Positions 9,891-19,619 are shown, counted from the first letter of the stretch. The stretch is 64,000 nucleotides of DNA from an uncultured Clostridia bacterium (GCA_948471525.1 CAOKSY010000001.1:156080-220079), one strand, 5' to 3'. The notes: generated from the letters alone by a model not told the origin. A program made the numbers and translations.

Positions 9891-12800
9891 CTACTGCTGC
9901 GATGCGACGATAGTCACCGTCACCGCGCAATACTGTCTGTAAGCAGTGTTATCTGCAATTATTACGTACGCCGTATAAGTTCCCGGTACCTCGAATTTGA
10001 TATCGTCGGTAAACCAAGTCACTTCGGCCTCTACTACCTCGTCGCCGAGTCTTATATCCATCTTTTCCGCAAACAGCGAGTTACCTTGCGCTCTATACTC
10101 GTCGATGGAGATAGTCATCTGTTTGTCTTCGTCGAGCAGATCCATTTTCACGCTGGGCAGAACTATCTTTATCTTACCCTCGTAGAGGTTGCCTCTGTTG
10201 TAACCGTCGACGATGATCGGCACTACTATATCGCGCTCGTAAACGGCTCCGTCGAGAGACGGCTCGATACCGCTGAAATCTATGTCGACTTTTACGTTTT
10301 TCTTGACAGTGCCGTTGGCTCTGTTGAAATCGAGTTTTTCGGGCAACAGATCTTCAAACGCAACTCCGCCGTAATAGTAGTACATTGTATTTACTACGTA
10401 TTCCTCGTCTACGAGACCTGTCAGCGTGATAGGCTCTACAGTCACGGGGATGCTGCCGAGATTCCACTCGTTATACTCTCCCTGATTGAGTACGAGTCCG
10501 GCGAATATCTGACCGCCTTCTCTGTCTATATCGTCGGGATTGTAAGTCCAAGTCGCTTTCGCAGTAACCTTCTCTTCCACGATCTCGCCGTCTTTATTGA
10601 CGGTGCGTCCGATCACGGTGAGTTCCTCGGGGAACGCCGTACCGGTCAAATAGTCGAGAATATCTATTGTGACATGCTTCTCTCCGTCGATCTCAAAACC
10701 GTAAATTTCAAACGGTCTGAATACGACTTCGAGAGTGTATTGCTGTTCGAACTGAGTTCCTCTGCCCAAAGTTACGGGAACAGAGAACGTCTGAGCGCTC
10801 TTGAGTTCGTCGATAGACTTGGAGTATATCTCCGAAAAATCGGGCTCTGCCGACAGATATCTATAGAACTCGTTGTTGACCGTCATTCTCAATTCGCCGC
10901 TTGCGACCAAACCGTCAAGTACCTGTCTGTAATTGTAAGCGTTGACGTATACGGTGTCGTGCGACAGTCTCTCCGCCTCGAGTATTATATGGAACTCGTA
11001 AGTATTCGCGCCGAGACGAACGGTTGCGGGAATTTCTTTGACGTCCTCTTCGCTGTCGTATGCTCCGCGAGTATATTCTATATCGACGCCGTAAATGACG
11101 CGTTTTTCTCCCGCATTGCCTTCGCTGTCTTTATAGATGACAGTCACGCGATCGGGAACTTCTCTCATTGCTTTTATTTTAATATCTTCTACGGCAAATA
11201 CTTCTTTGTGTTCTACCGTGACTACGACGCTGATCGTCTGTCCCGCAGCAGTGCCGACTACGACGTATTCGCCGTCCGCCATACTGTCGAACATCGTCCA
11301 ATCAGCGATATTCTGACCGCCGTAGCTCCAAGTTACGCTCTTGATGCTTTCGGAGCCTGCGGAAAGATTGGAAGAATTGATATATTTTCCTCTCGTCTGC
11401 TGTCTAACCTGCGTTACAAACTTGGACGACAGGTCCCCGCCGAAGTTTTTGTTATAATATACCTGTCTGTCCTGATCGCCCCATTCGATGACGCCTTCGG
11501 CATGTCTGTTGAAGATATACGCGCCGAAGCCCTGACCCGTAGTATTGCGATCGTTGCTTGCTATAGCCTGTATCCTGTTGAGATTTCCGTCCGTGATCGC
11601 TACGCTTACGTCGAGCGTATTGAAGTTGGGGATTGGCAGGAATCTATTGACGAGACTCTGCACGTCGCCCTTTACCGCTCCTGCTATGGAACCTACGAAA
11701 CTGCCAGCCTGAGCAGAAATTATCGGTACGAGCAAATTATTGAACAAACTATCGGCAAATACCCCCGCATCTGTGTTGTTGTAGTTGACTTTTACGTGTT
11801 TATGTGCCGCATTGTTGGTCAACGAAGATATGTCCATATCGCTGAACAGGTCTGTCAGCAACTTGTTGAGCATGTCGCTGAGGACGGTACCGTCCATCGC
11901 CACGTCGATATCTATATCCATAGAAGGCGAAAGTTTGACCGTTATGCCTTTGAGCAACGTCATTACGTCCAACGCCGCGTCTCCGCCCTGATCAACTTTG
12001 TCGTGCTCGGGCAACGCGCCTTCCGGCACTTGAATTATTACCGGCATTTTATTATCTTCGCCTTCTCCGTTATCGGAGCCCGAACCGGTGAAGAGCTTAT
12101 CAAGCAATCCTACCAACGTGCTCTTAAGATCGGCAGGTATATCAATTACCGGAATGAAATTTCCGCCTATTGCGCCTATAATTCCGCTGAGAACGTTGCC
12201 TATGTCGATCTTGACAACTCCGCCGTTAAGATCGAGCGCTACCCAAACTACGCCCTTGCTCGAATCGTCGGTCCAGTTGTCCATAATACCCACGACTATC
12301 GAACCGAAGGGAGCCGAAAGGTTGTCGGATACTTTTTCGCTCTGACCGACTGCCTGCGCCTTGGAACGGCGTATAATTATTCTCGTCTCTTTATTATAAG
12401 CCGTATCTACGTTGTTGCTGTACCAATCCAATGCGAGTTCCAAATTTTGAACCGCAAGGATACTGCTTACGAGAGCTTCTGCTCCGGAAGCGTTGTATTC
12501 TCCGAACGTCTCGGGATTTTCGGGTACGGAAACGATATCGTAGCCGCCGTTGGTAGTTCCGAGAGTGAGTCCGAGACCTATCGACATAAAGCCTGCGTCT
12601 ATAGTCACTCCGAACGCTCCGCCGAAGTCTAAGTTTGCCTCAACCGTAAGATCCAAGCCCGGATCGAACATAAACGATTTGAAGATATTGAGTATCAGCT
12701 GACTTTGTATAGCCGCGACAAGTCCGTCGTTGGTGAGTTCCAAATCGGCTGAAGCCATAGCCAACGCGCTCGTTGCGCCGGAGTCTGCGTTCTCAAATTC

Positions 12801-14957
12801 CGCATTTACTGCGGTCATAAGTTGAGCCTCTATAAGCTCGTAGATGTTTAGATGTGACAGACGGACTTTCATAAGACCCAATCCCGACAGATCTATGTAG
12901 TTTTCGGAGCCTTCTCCGTAGATACCGATCAACAGATCGCCGTCGGGAGAAAGGAGTTCTATATTGAGTTTGCCGTCGTTGGTCTTTTTGTCTATATAAG
13001 ACGCGGCTTTGAGATTGAATACGCCGTCGTACTTGCTCAAATCGAGCGCTATCGGCATATCGAATCTTTGGTTGCTGCCCGCAAGAATTCTATTGACGAG
13101 CGCGGTCACGTTCAACTGAGTATCCAACGAGGAAAACTCAAGTTGCATATCCACGCTTATATCGCTCATAATATTCCAACCGAACAGTTTGAGCGCGTCC
13201 GTTATGTCCGTTCTGTAATCGGTAAACTTGCCTATGCTCTCAATTACCGCCGCGGAAGTGAGCTGAGTGGTTCCTATAAGGAAATTCTGCGCTCTGAGCA
13301 CGATGGAGTTGTTGAAAAGAGCAACTTCAAGGAATTCCAATCCGCCCTTAAACAGCTGGACGTTGAGCGCGCCTTCTATCGGAAGCGACATCGGATCTTT
13401 TTTAGCAAGTTTGAGAATTTCATTGATAAATTCTTCGTTGATATCTATAGATATCCTGTCTCCCGAAACGTGTATGTATTTATCAAAACCGACTATGCCC
13501 ATAACCTTTACTATAAGGTTCTGAAGGCTCGGCGAAAGAATCACTTCTCCTTCGGAAGTCACGCTCGCTTTAGCCACCGTACCCGCCATGCTCTCGTCGG
13601 GACGGAACTGCGTTCCGAATACGCCGTCAATAGCGTCGGTGACCTTGACGACTATATCGTTTATATACGTCGCCAACGGCAATTCAACTTTATAGTTGAA
13701 ACCGAACGCGCTTATATAGATACCGCCGTTGTAATAATTGACTCTGGCGATTTCGTCGTCGCCCTTATAAAGCACTGCGTGTATGAGATTTTTATCTTCT
13801 TTGGATCCTTCGTAGTTGGTGTCAAGAGCGACGTTGAGCTCCAATTTGAGATCGGCGTCAGCTTCTACCCACAGACTTTCGCCCGGCAGGAACTTTTTGT
13901 CGTCAGGCAAGAACGCGTTGATCAAAGTCAAGACGTCCAAAGGCTCGCCGTGAGTGTCTATATCCAATACGAGATCGAGATTTATATTGCCCAGACTGAA
14001 AATCACGTAATCTTTTAAAGTATCGGGAATTCCCAGATCCACCGGCTGATCTCCGAAAGTGATCTCCGTATCAAATCCTACTATTGGCTGATCGTAACTA
14101 TCGCTCTCGGTATTTTTGTCTACTAAATTCACGTCAAACGAAGACGTCTTTCCGCCCTCGACTGCAAAATCCAACTTCAACGCAACGGGCGGCACTGCTT
14201 CCGCAACGCTGGTAATCAAACCTGCGAGATCGAAATCGATCAATCCCGCCAACAGATCTTTAATAAGATCTGACTCTACCAATTCAGCCAATCCGCCTAA
14301 AAATTTGGAAATATTGAACGTGATGCCGAACGACTCTACTCCGTTCTCGTTTATATACGCAACGGGACTCGAGGGATTGTCAAGCATCAAATTGACGACC
14401 ATATTTATGATCATGTCCATAGGAAGCGGCAAATTTACGCCGTCCAAAAGACCGTCTATAACTCCCGGCAAAGCGTTGATCATCGCTATCAAATAGTTTG
14501 TGTCAATCTCTTTGATATTATAGATCACGCCGTCGTCGGTCTGTACAAACAAATTGGATTCCAATATGTATATCGCAAACTTACAGTGACCCGTAGTCTC
14601 GTCTACGACCGTCATCGCGGCAGTCATATCGTCGTCGGATATGTTGGATTTGACAGAAAGCGCATAACTTTTACCTTTAAGCACAAAAGATCCGGCAAAA
14701 ACCGCGGACAAATATTCTCCGCTCGATTTTTCGACCAAATATTTTATCGCATTCTGCACGGAAATCGCTTGCATAGGCAATTCCGGCTCTTCTTCGCCGG
14801 GACCCGGTCCCGGCGGCAACGGTCCGGGGCCCGGACCCGGTCCCGGATTGGGATCAACCGGTTTTTGCTCCTTTTCGCAAGCTATCAATAGAAAAGAACA
14901 CGCCATCACCGCTACAAGCGTCAGCGTTATCAACAATAACAATTTCTTGTTACGCAT
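9891..14957 (-). CDS. Giant lipoprotein (1,688 aa) with PG-rich linker; no domain recognised in the first ~1,200 aa, Ig-like repeats at the C-terminus
   Basis: Start moved to the ATG at 14957 (RBS AAGGAGG 7 nt upstream), giving MRNKKLLLLITLTLVAVMACSFLLIAC (lipobox LIAC) then PNPGPGPGPGPLPPGPGPGEEE. The uninterrupted 5-kb ORF has normal amino-acid composition. Confidence 0.85.
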   Translation of the reverse strand: MRNKKLLLLITLTLVAVMACSFLLIACEKEQKPVDPNPGPGPGPGPLPPGPGPGEEEPELPMQAISVQNAIKYLVEKSSGEYLSAVFAGSFVLKGKSYALSVKSNISDDDMTAAMTVVDETTGHCKFAIYILESNLFVQTDDGVIYNIKEIDTNYLIAMINALPGVIDGLLDGVNLPLPMDMIINMVVNLMLDNPSSPVAYINENGVESFGITFNISKFLGGLAELVESDLIKDLLAGLIDFDLAGLITSVAEAVPPVALKLDFAVEGGKTSSFDVNLVDKNTESDSYDQPIVGFDTEITFGDQPVDLGIPDTLKDYVIFSLGNINLDLVLDIDTHGEPLDVLTLINAFLPDDKKFLPGESLWVEADADLKLELNVALDTNYEGSKEDKNLIHAVLYKGDDEIARVNYYNGGIYISAFGFNYKVELPLATYINDIVVKVTDAIDGVFGTQFRPDESMAGTVAKASVTSEGEVILSPSLQNLIVKVMGIVGFDKYIHVSGDRISIDINEEFINEILKLAKKDPMSLPIEGALNVQLFKGGLEFLEVALFNNSIVLRAQNFLIGTTQLTSAAVIESIGKFTDYRTDITDALKLFGWNIMSDISVDMQLEFSSLDTQLNVTALVNRILAGSNQRFDMPIALDLSKYDGVFNLKAASYIDKKTNDGKLNIELLSPDGDLLIGIYGEGSENYIDLSGLGLMKVRLSHLNIYELIEAQLMTAVNAEFENADSGATSALAMASADLELTNDGLVAAIQSQLILNIFKSFMFDPGLDLTVEANLDFGGAFGVTIDAGFMSIGLGLTLGTTNGGYDIVSVPENPETFGEYNASGAEALVSSILAVQNLELALDWYSNNVDTAYNKETRIIIRRSKAQAVGQSEKVSDNLSAPFGSIVVGIMDNWTDDSSKGVVWVALDLNGGVVKIDIGNVLSGIIGAIGGNFIPVIDIPADLKSTLVGLLDKLFTGSGSDNGEGEDNKMPVIIQVPEGALPEHDKVDQGGDAALDVMTLLKGITVKLSPSMDIDIDVAMDGTVLSDMLNKLLTDLFSDMDISSLTNNAAHKHVKVNYNNTDAGVFADSLFNNLLVPIISAQAGSFVGSIAGAVKGDVQSLVNRFLPIPNFNTLDVSVAITDGNLNRIQAIASNDRNTTGQGFGAYIFNRHAEGVIEWGDQDRQVYYNKNFGGDLSSKFVTQVRQQTRGKYINSSNLSAGSESIKSVTWSYGGQNIADWTMFDSMADGEYVVVGTAAGQTISVVVTVEHKEVFAVEDIKIKAMREVPDRVTVIYKDSEGNAGEKRVIYGVDIEYTRGAYDSEEDVKEIPATVRLGANTYEFHIILEAERLSHDTVYVNAYNYRQVLDGLVASGELRMTVNNEFYRYLSAEPDFSEIYSKSIDELKSAQTFSVPVTLGRGTQFEQQYTLEVVFRPFEIYGFEIDGEKHVTIDILDYLTGTAFPEELTVIGRTVNKDGEIVEEKVTAKATWTYNPDDIDREGGQIFAGLVLNQGEYNEWNLGSIPVTVEPITLTGLVDEEYVVNTMYYYYGGVAFEDLLPEKLDFNRANGTVKKNVKVDIDFSGIEPSLDGAVYERDIVVPIIVDGYNRGNLYEGKIKIVLPSVKMDLLDEDKQMTISIDEYRAQGNSLFAEKMDIRLGDEVVEAEVTWFTDDIKFEVPGTYTAYVIIADNTAYRQYCAVTVTIVASQQ

Positions 14958-15264
14958 AATATCCCTCCTTGTCGAACCGTCAACCAATCTTAAACGCATA
15001 CGGAATTCACCTTTTCCCACAAAATGACTTCCTCTGGGCGCAATAAAGCGTACAGTCGGCTAAGTCTATTATTGGGCAACTACATTAAATGATTATTAAA
15101 AAACAATAAATTGTTTGTAAAATTCGGAATTTTTTCTCGTGAAACTTAAATATTCCTTAAATTTCTTAAAATAATTGTCAAAAAATAGCAATAACGCAAT
15201 TAAAATAAGCATACGCCGATCGCACATTGTGAAAAATAATCCAATCAGCGATCTTATTCCGTCC

Positions 15265-15300
15265 CCAAAAAACTCGCCGCCCTCAAAAAAGAGGACGGCG
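15265..15300 (-). terminator. Terminator after the 879-aa ABC gene
   Basis: Minus strand: CGCCGTCCTC-tttttt-GAGGGCGGCG then AGTTTTTT, 26 nt after the stop at 15326. This separates the ABC gene from the giant-lipoprotein operon. Confidence 0.65.
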
Positions 15301-15325
15301 AAACGAAGACTGTTTTAGATCATCT

Positions 15326-17965
15326 CTATTCGGTGCGCAGGGCGACAACCGGATCTCTCTTGGCGGCGATCCTTGCCGGAATCAGTCCCGCAATAGAGGT
15401 AAGCGCTATGCTGAGCAAGATCATCAGCAGTCCGTGCAACGGATTGAGAGCGCATATGCCCGTGATAGATGCCTCGAAATGCTTTATTATCAGATTTATA
15501 GGAACGCTCAATATATAAGTCACTATTACGCCTATCAATCCCGCGGTAAATCCTATAATTACCGTCTCGGCATTGAAGATATTGGATACGTCGAGTTTTC
15601 TCGCTCCCAGAGATCTCAATATTCCAATCTCCTTGGTACGCTCTACTACCGACACATAGGTTATTATACCTATCATTATGGAAGATACGACAAGCGATAC
15701 CGACGAGAAACAGACAAGCGCTATAGTAACTATCCTTATTATCTGATTCATCATTCCTATAAACATAGCCGCGCTGTCGGTGTATTTGATCTCATTGGAC
15801 TTGTGAGCAGCGTTCCAAGCGTCAAGATCTGCAAGGATAACTTCTTTATTGTCGAAAGAACTTGCATAAATGCTTATGGCGGAGGGAAGATCGCTGCCGC
15901 CCAAAGACTGTAGCACCGTATAGTAAGTTGGAATTACCTCGCCCGTCAGCATTCCGGCAAAATCCATATCGGACGGTCCATCCTTAAACTCTTCTCCCGT
16001 CAGGCAGTTGTAATCGCTGTGTTCTCTTTGGAATTTTACGACTTCGCTGTCTTTTGCCTCGCTGCGCATAAGATCGGTGAGTTCCTGAGTATAGGCGATG
16101 CCCGGATTTATCGGAGAATACTCGTTTCCCTTCTTGGGACGTAGTATGCCTACTATCGAAAGTTTGCGGATGCCTCCTTTTTCCTCAAGCTCGTTGATCT
16201 CGTCAAAAGATCTTTCCGCATAATACTCCTTCCCGGTCTGCTTATTGACGGTCTTTTTGTACTTTACGTCGTTGTTGGGCAACATAAACGTTACGCCCTC
16301 TTTATTCTTCTCGGGATCGCCGAGTATCTTATCGAAAGACTGTCTGACCGCCGCCAATCCGCCGAGATTGGTTCCGTCCCCCAACCCAAGACCCATACCG
16401 TCCAAATATATAGAAAGCAGGGAATTGGCGCTGTCGACTACAAGTATGACTTCCGTCGCCGACTCGGGATACCTACCTCCAATCACGTCGTACATACTTT
16501 CCATATACTCGCGATCTCCCACTATCTCCTGCCAGTTTACGCTGCCTCTGTTGGACTGCATCATATTCATATTGGCTAATTTGCCTACGTCTTTGCCGTT
16601 GGAATTGTATACGGTATATTCGTATCCGTAATTATAATATACGCTGTCTACCGCTCCGCTCTGTTTCCATCCGACTTTCTTCTCGTCGAGATATTCTATA
16701 TATTCTTTGCTGATGTCGTTGGGTTTGATTATATCGGCGAATATCTTATATAGATCATAAGAATATACGTATTTTTGATCGGTATACCTGTTTTCGCTGT
16801 TGCCCGACATTACGGACATATAAGTAGACATCATGCTTTCCATATTCATCGTGTTGCTTGTGATCGTGACGGGATAGCCGGAAAGCATCGTCTTCTGCAT
16901 ATTGTCCACGTAATTGGAAAATCCGTTGGATATAGCGAGTACGAGCGCAACGCCAATGATGCCTATGCTTCCCGCAAACGCGGTCATAAACGTCCTGCCC
17001 TTTTTTGTCATAAGATTGGTAAACGACAGTTTGATCGCGGACAGGAATGACATCGACGTCTTCTTGAGTTGATTCTTGCGTTCTTTTTTGGCTTTGCGCA
17101 TCTGGAATTCCGTCTTATCGCGCTTAACCTTTTTCTTTTTTCCGTCTGCCGCCTCTTCGCAGGTAGCTTCCTGCATTGCCGCCGCGTCTTTTATCTCTTC
17201 CACCGCCGCGCTGTCGGCAACCGCGTCTTCGCCGCTATCAGCTATCTTCTCCTCGCTCTGCGCTGTTTCTTCAGCGGGTTCGCTGACAAAAGGATTGCTG
17301 TCGCTGACGACTTCGCCGTCCTTAAGTCTGACGATACGGTTGGAGTATTGCTCGGCAAGCTCGGGATTGTGCGTGACCATGATTATCAATTTGTCGTGCG
17401 AGATCTCCTTGAGAAGTTCCATTATCTGCACGCTTGTGTGACTGTCGAGCGCACCGGTAGGCTCGTCGGCAAGAATTATGCTGGGATTATTGATAAGCGC
17501 TCTCGCGATCGATACTCTCTGCATCTGACCGCCTGAGAGCTGGTTGGGCTTTTTATGAATATGTTCTCCCAATCCTACTTCCTCGAGAGCTTTGATAGCC
17601 CTCTCCTTTCTCTCGGCTCTGCTCACGCCCGCAAGCAAAAGCGACATCTCGACGTTGGAAAGTATATCTATATGCGAAATAAGATTGTAACTTTGAAAGA
17701 TAAAGCCTATACGGATATTTCTGTACGCGTCCCAGTCTACGTCGGCGTATCTCTGCGTGGATATGCCGTCGATCGACAAGTCTCCCGACGTATATCTGTC
17801 CAAGCCTCCTATTATATTGAGCAACGTGGTCTTGCCGCAACCCGAAGGTCCGAGCACGGAGACGAACTCGCTCTTTCTGAATTCCAAATTTATGCCCTTG
17901 AGCGCGTTGACTTTATCTCCGCCGTTGAGCACGTAATCTTTTTTGATATCCGTTAACTTTAACAT
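15326..17965 (-). CDS. MacB-type ABC transporter, fused ATPase + FtsX-family permease (879 aa)
   Basis: Walker A GPSGCGKTT, signature LSGGQMQRVSIARAL, Walker B ILADEPTGALD. A charged linker follows, then TM1 (FMTAFAGSIGIIGVALVLAI), a ~400-aa ectodomain and three C-terminal TMs with the FtsX-type KEIGILRSLGA motif. Confidence 0.9.
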   Translation of the reverse strand: MLKLTDIKKDYVLNGGDKVNALKGINLEFRKSEFVSVLGPSGCGKTTLLNIIGGLDRYTSGDLSIDGISTQRYADVDWDAYRNIRIGFIFQSYNLISHIDILSNVEMSLLLAGVSRAERKERAIKALEEVGLGEHIHKKPNQLSGGQMQRVSIARALINNPSIILADEPTGALDSHTSVQIMELLKEISHDKLIIMVTHNPELAEQYSNRIVRLKDGEVVSDSNPFVSEPAEETAQSEEKIADSGEDAVADSAAVEEIKDAAAMQEATCEEAADGKKKKVKRDKTEFQMRKAKKERKNQLKKTSMSFLSAIKLSFTNLMTKKGRTFMTAFAGSIGIIGVALVLAISNGFSNYVDNMQKTMLSGYPVTITSNTMNMESMMSTYMSVMSGNSENRYTDQKYVYSYDLYKIFADIIKPNDISKEYIEYLDEKKVGWKQSGAVDSVYYNYGYEYTVYNSNGKDVGKLANMNMMQSNRGSVNWQEIVGDREYMESMYDVIGGRYPESATEVILVVDSANSLLSIYLDGMGLGLGDGTNLGGLAAVRQSFDKILGDPEKNKEGVTFMLPNNDVKYKKTVNKQTGKEYYAERSFDEINELEEKGGIRKLSIVGILRPKKGNEYSPINPGIAYTQELTDLMRSEAKDSEVVKFQREHSDYNCLTGEEFKDGPSDMDFAGMLTGEVIPTYYTVLQSLGGSDLPSAISIYASSFDNKEVILADLDAWNAAHKSNEIKYTDSAAMFIGMMNQIIRIVTIALVCFSSVSLVVSSIMIGIITYVSVVERTKEIGILRSLGARKLDVSNIFNAETVIIGFTAGLIGVIVTYILSVPINLIIKHFEASITGICALNPLHGLLMILLSIALTSIAGLIPARIAAKRDPVVALRTE

Positions 17966-18209
17966 TTTCCCTCCGCCTTACGCATACGCGTTATATTATT
18001 ATGATGAGATATAATGATAACTTTGAGTACAGTTTATTATCTTTTTATTTAAAAATCAAGATTTTTGTGAGCGCCCGAGACAAGTTTTATATAATATTTA
18101 CATTATACAAATAAATGTAAAGTTTTAGAAAAACGTATATCAAACAACACAAAGTATTAAATTCCGGCGTTTTGCAAATAATCTAAATAACCGTAAAGGA
18201 GATAAAACA

Positions 18210-18353
18210 ATGAAAGATAAACGCATAATAAAGAATAAAGACAAAAAAAGCAGAAAAGATATGTCAAGCAACTTCGACGTAGGCGGCGCGTACACGGGCA
18301 CTCCCGCATACGGAAACGACGAAGTTCCCACCCAAGACGCGGACGATCTATAG
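18210..18353 (+). CDS. Small hypothetical protein (47 aa), below the ORF-track size cutoff
   Basis: AAAGGAG RBS 8 nt before the ATG at 18210. Translation: MKDKRIIKNKDKKSRKDMSSNFDVGGAYTGTPAYGNDEVPTQDADDL, stop TAG at 18351-18353. The N-terminus is basic and the C-terminus acidic. Confidence 0.4.
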   Translation: MKDKRIIKNKDKKSRKDMSSNFDVGGAYTGTPAYGNDEVPTQDADDL

Positions 18354-18406
18354 GCAAAAAATACAGTTTATGCTCTGATTTCTTCTTTTTGAACGCGTAT
18401 TTTGTT

Positions 18407-18451
18407 ATTTTTGTACAAAAATTGAGAAATTTTATCTATTTTGTACAAAAT
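18407..18451. promoter_or_regulatory. Two palindromic TTTTGTACAAAA sites, candidate operator pair
   Basis: ATTTTTGTACAAAAAT (18407-18422) and ATTTTGTACAAAAT (18438-18451). Centres are 30 bp apart, ~135 bp upstream of the 18587 gene. Confidence 0.35.
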
Positions 18452-18586
18452 GCATAAAATCGCTTGTGTAGTAGAATTAATTATGCTATTCTAGTATTGC
18501 TGAAATAAGAGAAAACGCATTTAGTTAACTTAATAGTTTTTTTCATTCCGAAAAATCAACATACTTTCAAACAGGAGAATTCGCTT

Positions 18587-18973
18587 ATGCCTACCTCTTT
18601 AGACTTTAATTATCATTTTTTGGCAAAAATGGCAAAAAGCCGTCTAGTCAAAGAAGCCGGTTCACAATCCCGCGCTTCCAAGCCGCGCCTGCCGTTGTCT
18701 ATAGATCTGGATTTCTATTATAAAGTGGTAAAAATATTAGCCTCCGAAGAAACGGTATACAATCCCATATCCCGACTGATAGGAAAAGATCTCGAACGCA
18801 TACCCGACTCGTGCGAAAAACAGCGCGTGGTACTGGACGTCATAAACAGATACTCTCAAGTAAGACATATGCTCAAGCGCGACCTTACGTTGGCGTTGAA
18901 AGAAAAGAGAAATTTTGAATTGAGAGACATAACGGTGGATCCCGTTCGCTTATTGCAAAAACTACATAATTAA
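18587..18973 (+). CDS. Hypothetical protein (128 aa)
   Basis: ATG preceded by GGAG. Ordinary composition; no motif recognised. Confidence 0.55.
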   Translation: MPTSLDFNYHFLAKMAKSRLVKEAGSQSRASKPRLPLSIDLDFYYKVVKILASEETVYNPISRLIGKDLERIPDSCEKQRVVLDVINRYSQVRHMLKRDLTLALKEKRNFELRDITVDPVRLLQKLHN

Positions 18974-19083
18974 CAATTCTTTGAATAACCCCCGAATAAC
19001 TATCTGAATAATCCCAAATCAAATCCGTTTCAAAGCGCTGAATATATGCGTCCGTGCGATTTTTCGCAATCGCGCGGATAAAT

Positions 19084-19112
19084 TTGACCTGCCGCGCAGT
19101 TTTTTGTATAAT
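19084..19112 (+). promoter_or_regulatory. Sigma-70-type promoter of the DUF4430 operon
   Basis: TTGACC (19084-19089), 17-nt spacer, TATAAT (19107-19112), ~30 nt before the start codon. Confidence 0.6.
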
Positions 19113-19142
19113 AAAAGCAAATAATTATTTAAGAGGTTGAAT

Positions 19143-19619
19143 ATGAAAAAGAAACTGTTTGCATTTGCGGCGATTGCCGTGATGATCTGCACCATGGCCC
19201 TATGTCTGTGCGCATGCGGCGGAACCGTGGATAAAGAAGGCTTGATGACTCTCGCAGTCGTCGACGGAGACAACGTGCAGGAATACTCCGTCGATCTGTC
19301 AGAAATCGGATCTGGCGACGAAAAGTCCGCCGGACTGATGGTGATACTCGACTATCTCAAAGACAAAGGCGAATTGACTTATACGATGATACAAAGCGAA
19401 TACGGCGCATATCTCACCCAAGTAAACGGTATAAAGCAGGAAAACGGAATATACGTTACGCTTTACACAGACGTAGAGAGCGATATCGACGTAAGCGAAT
19501 ACGCTACGACTTACAACTATAAGGAAAAGACTTTGACCAGCAGCGGCGTAGGCGCAAGCAGCATGAACGTAAAGAAGGGCTGCACTATAGTCATAACTTC
19601 ATTTAGTTACAATGGCTGA
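19143..19619 (+). CDS. DUF4430-like lipoprotein
   Basis: Start set to the ATG at 19143 (RBS AAGAGG 6 nt upstream; the track uses TTG at 19137). MKKKLFAFAAIAVMICTMALCLCACGG has a lipobox. The body (LMVILDYLKDKGELTYTMIQSEYGAYLTQVNGI) resembles DUF4430. Confidence 0.7.
   Translation: MKKKLFAFAAIAVMICTMALCLCACGGTVDKEGLMTLAVVDGDNVQEYSVDLSEIGSGDEKSAGLMVILDYLKDKGELTYTMIQSEYGAYLTQVNGIKQENGIYVTLYTDVESDIDVSEYATTYNYKEKTLTSSGVGASSMNVKKGCTIVITSFSYNG

Noticed and set aside
15021-15264. AT-rich 300-bp region upstream of the giant lipoprotein gene as a possible ncRNA or promoter array.
   Set aside because: A TTGACA is present, but I could not pair it with a convincing -10 at 16-18 nt. No stable structure or repeat was seen, so it is left unannotated.
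18210-18353. Reading the 47-aa ORF as a double-glycine-leader bacteriocin/pheromone precursor (FDVGG|AY...) exported by the adjacent ABC transporter.
   Set aside because: The leader lacks the conserved hydrophobic positions (-4, -7, -12) and the acidic -8 residue of GG-leaders. The ABC protein has no C39 peptidase domain and is MacB/FtsX-type. The genes are divergent rather than in an operon.
19084-19142. Cobalamin riboswitch in front of the DUF4430 operon.
   Set aside because: The leader between the predicted -10 and the start codon is only ~30 nt.
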